Made by a program: the position numbers and the translations under genes. Under the pieces are notes generated by a model. It made no database searches and was not told the origin of the DNA. It saw nothing but the letters and a program-made list of their open reading frames with translations. A DNA stretch of 56,578 nucleotides from a bacterium (GTDB taxonomy: Bacteria; Hinthialibacterota; Hinthialibacteria; Hinthialibacterales; Hinthialibacteraceae), in contig CAXXSM010000111.1 in assembly GCA_963663405.2 (NCBI GenBank), positions 1 to 56,578 of the forward strand. Reading direction: 5' to 3'. Of this stretch, positions 50,653 through 56,578 are shown piece by piece. How positions within the stretch are numbered: position 1 is the first letter of the stretch; each line of letters begins with the position of its first letter.

Positions 50653-52869
50653 TCAACGAACCGGTGTCGGTGTCGCTGTCGGTGTCGCTGTCGCAACCGG
50701 CGTTGGAGTAACGGTTGGCGTTGGCGTTAGCGGAACCGTCAAGACCGGAACCGAATTGAGCGCGTTGGGTACTTCCACTCGATTCTTCTTTAAATTCGAC
50801 GGGTCCCGCATTCGGGAACGGGCCTACTTTCGCTCCCTTTTTAGGTATTGCGAATACGGTAAATTGATAGGATTTCCCAAATTGGGGACCTTGTCTGAAT
50901 TTATTATCTAGGAACCGCGTTCCTTCACGCCACTCGAAGTAAGTCGTTTCCCCATCTTTCGTCCGTCCCAGATATTGGGGAGCGTTCATATTCCCCACAT
51001 CCAGAACGTAGATGTGATACGACTTGACATCATCAACATCCAGATCCCACTGGATGACTAATGCACGATTGGACGCGGGATCTTCATCATAAGAATTACT
51101 CAAATCGACCGATGATTCCAAATCATCCGTCACGATGACATTCGTGCTGGGTATAACGACTGACTCATCAAGTTTAAACTCAACTGGCCCTGCGTTTTGG
51201 AACGGACCGGCGTAGGGCGCGCCTGAGAGAATCGCGTAAACGTAGAATTGATAGCTTTTCCCAAATTGGGGGCCGTATTTGAATTCTCCAGATAGGTATC
51301 GCGTTCCTTCCCGCCATTGGAAGAGATTTGTATTCCCATCTTTTGTATGGCCAAGATATTTGGGTTTATCCGCATTGCCTACATCCAACACATAGAGATG
51401 ATAACATCCTGACATTCTGAAGACCTAAATCCCATTGGATCGTCAATTCACGATCGAGTGGGGAATCCTCATCATAATGATTGCTTAAATCTTCAGTAGA
51501 TTCATCATCATCCGTTACAATGACATTGGTGCTGGGCAGGACGATCGAATCATCGACGATGTATTCAACAGGCCCCGCGTTTTTGGAACGGCCCCTCGTT
51601 TTTCGCGCCTTGGATTAAAGCGAAAACGTAGAATTGGTACGTTTTCCCGTCTTGAGGGCCATGTTTGAAGTTTCCAGATAGATACCGCGTCCCTTCCCGC
51701 CATTGGAAATAGTTCGTATTTCCGTCTTGTGTCCGTCCAAGATATTTGGGTAAAAACGCCTCCCCCACTTCCAAAACATAGATATGATACATCTTCACAT
51801 TGGGTATATTCATGTCCCACTTAATGGTCAATTCTCGATCGTATGGAGAATCCTCATCATAGCTGTTACTCAAATCTTCCGTCGAATCAAGATCGTCTGT
51901 GACGATGATGGTTGGCTCTTCCGGTTCTGGTTTGTAGGCTTCATTACAGGACCAACATAAATCCGCCATACAGAAATCAGAGCCTTCCATCGTAATCGTG
52001 TGAATTCCTTCTTCACTGGCTAACCAAAATATCCTGTTCATCCAAGGAACTCGTCGCAATCGCGGAATCGACTATTTCATCGGTTTCACTATAGGCGTCA
52101 AAACGGACGCTTTTTTCCGCTGAGTTAAGGACATCCGTTTCATCAAAACCAACAACCAACCGTATTTTGACCGATTTCGGGCCGCTTTCTTCACAAACGT
52201 TATCCATGATAGGCGATCGTGGCTGGGTTCTCTGAATTCGTGGTGGGAACTTGAATGTCTAGACCTTCATCGCCCGAACAATCCACCACATTAAGTCCAA
52301 GAGAATCGCCTTCATAAATTTCGAATGGCCACAGTTCCAACATAGGAACACCTTCAACCGACTCCTCGGGCATCTCAACACAAACCATATCTTCCGGACT
52401 CGGTGGCAAGGTTTCATCGACCGTGAACAGTACTTGTTCCCCGGAAGAAAATGGGCCGGTGTTGGGGGCGCCCCGGCGGATAAAGTAAACATAAAATATA
52501 TACGATTTACCATCTTGAGGCCCATTCTTTGAATGGAGCGCTTAAAAAACGAACTCCCTCTTTCCAAACAAAATAGGACGTATCATCACCAGTTTGCCCT
52601 AAATAAACCGGCCTTCCTGTCTGATTAACCAATACATATACATGAACATTCTTGACATCTTCAAACGGATGGGTCCAACGAACCACCAATTCTCTTTTTG
52701 TGGGGGCATCAATATCTTCGCCCCCACTCAGATCCTCTACGGTATACGTGTTATCCGTCACGGTCACAGAAACCTGTGAAGTTAGCGCATAACAAGGATC
52801 TAAACCCGAGAAAATCAAAGAAAGCGCAAGAAATGAAAAAATAATCGCGATTCGACTTCTTTTAACCAT
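50653..52869 (-). CDS. Secreted protein with four ~125 aa repeats and Pro/Thr tail; multiple frameshifts
   Basis: Signal peptide; repeat VTD...DLS...DED....R.L.I.W...YH.YVL...YLG.T.DG...F.W[RK]EG.R.L...F..GPQ.GK.Y.F in successive ORF fragments. The alternate frame ends PLTPTPTVTPTPVATATPTATPTPVR-stop at 50653. Confidence 0.7.
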
Positions 52870-53122
52870 GATGTCTCTCCTTTAGATGCATAAAAGTCAA
52901 TATTTTGGATAGTCAACAACGCAATTGAAAATAGAATAGAAGGGAAAATGGCATCAAAATTCAAACTAATATATAACAAAAAAAATCTTTTTTGTCAATC
53001 TTTTTTAAGTTTTTATTGTAAATTTTTATTTCAATATTCATTAATTAATATCACTATGCCTCATTGTGGTGGCTTTCATTTCATGGTATGGTAGCTGAAA
53101 TTGATCTCTCTGGAGGTGGATC

Positions 53123-53710
53123 GTGAAACCCAAACAAGCGTTCACATTAATCGAACTTCTAATCGTAGTAGCCATTATCGGAATCCTGGCCGCCATCGCC
53201 GTGCCCAATTTTTTAAATGCCCAGATCCGCGCCAAAGTCGCCCGCGCCTTCTCGCGGATCAAAAAACGATGGACACCGCCATTCAGCAGTACATGCTGGA
53301 CGAAAACGACAATCCCCCCCACTCGCACGCCCCGAATCAGAATTATTGGCTCACCACGCCTGTGGCGTATTTATCCTCGTTCCTATACGATCCATTTCAA
53401 GACACACCGATCGCGCAGGATTTCTTTGGCTCCGATCTTCAATATCACAAAAAACAGTATCACTGGGACCCACTCGATACGAGATACTGGTCGAGCCTCT
53501 CCCTGGATAACAATCGATCCCGAACGCGAGCCGGAACTCGGTCACTGGCTCAAATCCATTGGGATCATCTTCGGCATGGGCCCGTCTATGAAATACACGG
53601 GCTACTCAGAATTCACCTTCGGCGTCGCCTTCATCCCCTACGAGCCTTCAAACGGATTAATCAGTTTAGGAATCATACGGCGCTATGTTCCGGGCAAACC
53701 AAAGGTTTAA
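53123..53710 (+). CDS. Prepilin-type (GspG/type IV pilin-like) protein with two compensating frameshifts
   Basis: A|FTLIELLIVVAIIGILAAIAVPNFLNAQIRAK and YEPSNGLISLGII are in frame 53123, but the family motif LTTPVAY lies in frame 53101 between ~53250 and ~53510. Confidence 0.85.
   Translation: MKPKQAFTLIELLIVVAIIGILAAIAVPNFLNAQIRAKVARAFSRIKKRWTPPFSSTCWTKTTIPPTRTPRIRIIGSPRLWRIYPRSYTIHFKTHRSRRISLAPIFNITKNSITGTHSIRDTGRASPWITIDPEREPELGHWLKSIGIIFGMGPSMKYTGYSEFTFGVAFIPYEPSNGLISLGIIRRYVPGKPKV
53546..53710 (+). repeat. Direct repeat copy 1 (last 55 codons of the pilin gene)
   Basis: 165 bp; aligns to 54955..55120 with 16 substitutions and 1 extra C. Confidence 0.95.
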
Positions 53711-54051
53711 TTATGCGCTTTTAATGTGCTTGGAAGAATGAATCAATGTATTGAAGGAGAGATTTTAAATCATCATTTATGAATCAAAAAAACAAGATTC
53801 GTTGGACATTAAGGATAGGTGGTATAGGATAGGTAAAACTTTATCTGTTTAAAATTCCTCCAATATTTTTGCCTCTCTAAAACTTTGATGACATTAGCTT
53901 TCACAGAAGCATTGAGTAAGAAAAAAAAAATCGATCTTTCCCTATACAAAATCATATAACCTTTGCTATTCTATATATGGTTTTATGAATTTTCGTAGGT
54001 ATTGATGAATATTAAGCGGCAAATCATGTAAAAATGGAGGTGTGATTAATA

Positions 54052-54901
54052 ATGGTAAGAAGTAAAAGATCAACCAATATAGACTCCAATCCTACACCAA
54101 AAATCTTTAATCCAACGAAATTGATACAGGAATACAACAAATTAATCAAGCAAAACAAGAAAGCAATTAATTTAATAGCTTTTGGCGACTCCTGGTTATC
54201 GTTCCCCAGGCAGAAATACACTTACAGAATTGATGAATATTGGTGACTATAACGTTATTAAGCGAGTCGAAAGTGGAGAAGAAGCGATCAATTTGTTAAG
54301 TGGACAAGAGAAATTCGATTTCATTGAAGTAATAGAAAAATGTTCTGCGCAAATCATATTGTTTTCTGGTGGTGGGAACGATATTGTTGGGCGTTATGAT
54401 TTTGAATTATTTCTTCAAAAGTCTAAATCTCAAGAATCATTCCACAAATATCTATGTTTTGATCGAATTAAAAGACGGCTTAATCAGATTGAAAATGCTT
54501 ATCGAGATTTGGTCGATTACACTCTTACTTTCTCAAAAAGTAGAAGAACAATAAAAATCGTAACTCATTCGTATGATTATGCTTATCCAAGAAATAAAGG
54601 TGTTGATTTATAAAACACCCTTTGGGAAAATTGTACTAGCCGGCCCCTGGATGTATCCATATTTAGAAAGAAACAATATTCCAAAAAAATTCCATAAACG
54701 AATAGTTTGAATTTTTTGATTGATTCCTTTGCAGATAGGTTGTATAAAATTCAAAAGGACTTTCCTGATAGATTTTATATTGCTCAGACTCTCGATACGC
54801 TGGAAGAAAAAGATTGGCAGGATGAACTCCATCCAACAGATGAAGGCTTTAAAAAAATTGCAGAAAAAGTCCATATCTGTATAAAACGAGCGTTAGGCTG
54901 A
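54052..54901 (+). CDS. SGNH/GDSL hydrolase, AT-rich, frameshifted
   Basis: Block I AFGDSW, block III SGGGND, block V WQDELHP across ORFs 54052..54246, 54182..54613 and 54707..54901; GGAGG RBS. Confidence 0.8.
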
Positions 54902-54954
54902 TTTGTACAAAGCGCGAATATCCTCCCTACTCGTATACTCTAAACCATTACTTT

Positions 54955-55120
54955 TGGCTCAAATCCATTGGGATCATCTTCGGCATGGGGCCGTCCATGA
55001 AATACACGGGCTACTCAGAATTCACCTTCGGCGTCGCCTTCATCCCCTATGAGCCTTCAAACGGATTGATGAGCCTGGGAATCATACGCCGCTACGTCCC
55101 CCGGCAAACCGAAAGTATGA
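54955..55120 (+). repeat. Direct repeat copy 2 (orphan pilin 3' end)
   Basis: Encodes WLKSIGIIFGMGPSMKYTGYSEFTFGVAFIPYEPSNGLMSLGIIRRYVP(+C)GKPKV-stop with no 5' gene body. Confidence 0.95.
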
Positions 55121-55187
55121 TTGCGAATATGAGTGTTGCGCGGAATGTAAATGAATTTTTTTAGAGAAGAAAATAAAGGTTTCAATC

Positions 55188-55320
55188 TTTTTTATCTGAA
55201 TCTGGATAGCCGTGATGATTAATATATTCAGGATAGGCGTCATCAAAGTGGAAACCTTAATTGAATTGAGTCAAAATCCTGTCCATCCTTCAATCCTGAT
55301 TATCAAGATTCATACAAAAA
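55188..55320. repeat. Inverted pair of family B repeats (MITE/REPIN-like, ~130 bp)
   Basis: Left arm TTTTTATCTGAATCTGGATAGCCGTGATGATTAATATATTCAGGAT; right arm reverse complement TTTTTGTATGAATCTTGATAATCAGGATTGAAGGATGGACAGGAT. Confidence 0.65.
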
Positions 55321-55384
55321 AATAGGATAGGCCAACATTAACCTACCCTATTCAATTTCAAGCGACACGAAAACCAATCAATTT

Positions 55385-56578
55385 CTAATACAACGCCCAC
55401 TCCTCAACAGAAACATCAAACGGCGCGCTATAATGCGCAATGATCCGCTCTTCCGAAAGCGCGATATCGTAGATAGCCACTTCATCGATATAACCGTTGA
55501 AATTATCTCCCTGATCGGAACCGCCGATGTGCAACTCATTCCCATCACCGATCGCCGCTTGACCCGCTTGCGTATCCATAAGTTCCCCATCTAGATACAC
55601 CCGCATTTCCGGTACCGAATTATCATACACAAAGACCGCGTGATACCATTGATCGGTCTGATTGGGAACCGTCGTTGCCGGGCGGGTGGAATATTCCGAG
55701 AAATATTCCAATTGTTCGGGATTGTAAGCGTAGATCATAGCCTGCTGCGTGTTGCCCGCTCGGCGGAAACAGCAGGTAGGATTGAGAACTGAGACCGATT
55801 GGATTCATCCATAGTTCATAGGTGAACGATTCAAAGGGATACAGAGCCTCCGCTTCGTAACTGGAAATCCGCCCACTCAGCGCGTAATTGGATGGATCTT
55901 TCGGACCGGTCACATAACGCACGCCGCTGGGAAGCAAGTCGTAGAGTCCCATTTCATCATTGAAATCATCCTCAAACCGCCAGTACACCTTCGGTTCATC
56001 CGCCAGAACCGCGGCGGGATAGTCATCCGGAAACGCGGCGTTGTAATGCGCCTCAATCTGTTCGGCCGTAAGCGCGTGTGTATAAATGGCTATTTCATCG
56101 ATTTCTCCATTAAACACATTCTCTCCGATCGCCGTCCGGGTCGCTCCGATATAGATCTCTTCATCATGACCAGGAAGGATAAACTCAAGATAACTCTCTT
56201 GCCGGCTCACTTCCTGACCGTCTAAATAGGCGATGATGGCGGGAATATCTTCATTGTATACAAAAACAATGTGATGCCATCCTTCAGTGTTATCCGGCAG
56301 TTCAATCGACGGGGGTTCAGAGCCGAATTCTTGAAAGGAAGAATAGAATTCCAACTGGTTTTCAGTCATGTTATACACCAAAGAATTTTGACCGCTTCCC
56401 ACCGGCGCGCCCGAACGGCGCATTAACACGTAGGTTCCCCCCTCATTCGAACCGTTCACATTGATCCACATTTCATAAGTGTAGGAAATCAGATCAAAGA
56501 GCTCGATCGCTCCAAACGACGCCGCCCACGCCTGGCCTCCATTGGTGGAAAACGCTTGCGTTCCAGAACCTGGGCCGC
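55385..56578 (-). CDS. LamG/concanavalin A-like tandem domain protein with C-terminal W-x-L-Y motif; 5' end outside the window, one frameshift near 55770
   Basis: WHHIVFVY, YLDG, FNGEIDEIAIY, and again WYHAVFVY, YLDG, FNGYIDEVAIY; ends VSVEEWALY; frame open to the right edge. Confidence 0.85.

Noticed and set aside
50660-50735. Short tandem repeats (GGTGTC/GCTGTC) as a contingency locus
   Set aside because: Explained by a Pro/Thr-rich coding tail; units are imperfect.
53546-55120. Direct repeat as a DGR VR/TR pair
   Set aside because: Mismatches are not adenine-specific (many C/G and T/C), are nearly all synonymous, and no reverse transcriptase is present.

Overview
Bacterial chromosomal window from a diderm organism (it encodes a porin, chemoreceptors and Tat/Sec signal peptides). 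It mixes GC-rich metabolic genes with AT-rich surface-protein genes. I see no rRNA, tRNA, CRISPR array, integrase or transposase. Metabolic and sensory genes: three Gfo/Idh/MocA oxidoreductases, two URO-D/methyltransferase-family enzymes, two MCPs flanking a DcaP-like porin, a LysM-M15 peptidase, carbamoyltransferase + SxtJ, a DUF362 protein and a permease. Main signals: (1) four unrelated, apparently exported proteins end in the same short motif ([ST]-[IVT]-x-x-W-x-[LQ]-Y-stop), interspersed with four orphan GspG/pilin-like genes of one subfamily; this is a candidate undescribed C-terminal sorting signal and export system. (2) Two paralogous internalin-like LRR proteins end in a predicted Cys-Gln thioester domain. 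(3) An AT-rich SGNH-hydrolase island lies between two copies of a pilin gene 3' end that differ almost only synonymously. (4) One chemoreceptor has three periplasmic CZB domains. There are also at least three dispersed short repeat families and an FGE-domain pseudogene missed by the ORF track. The last ~8 kb carries many indel frameshifts, probably consensus errors. All domain calls come from motif recognition by eye; no searches were run.
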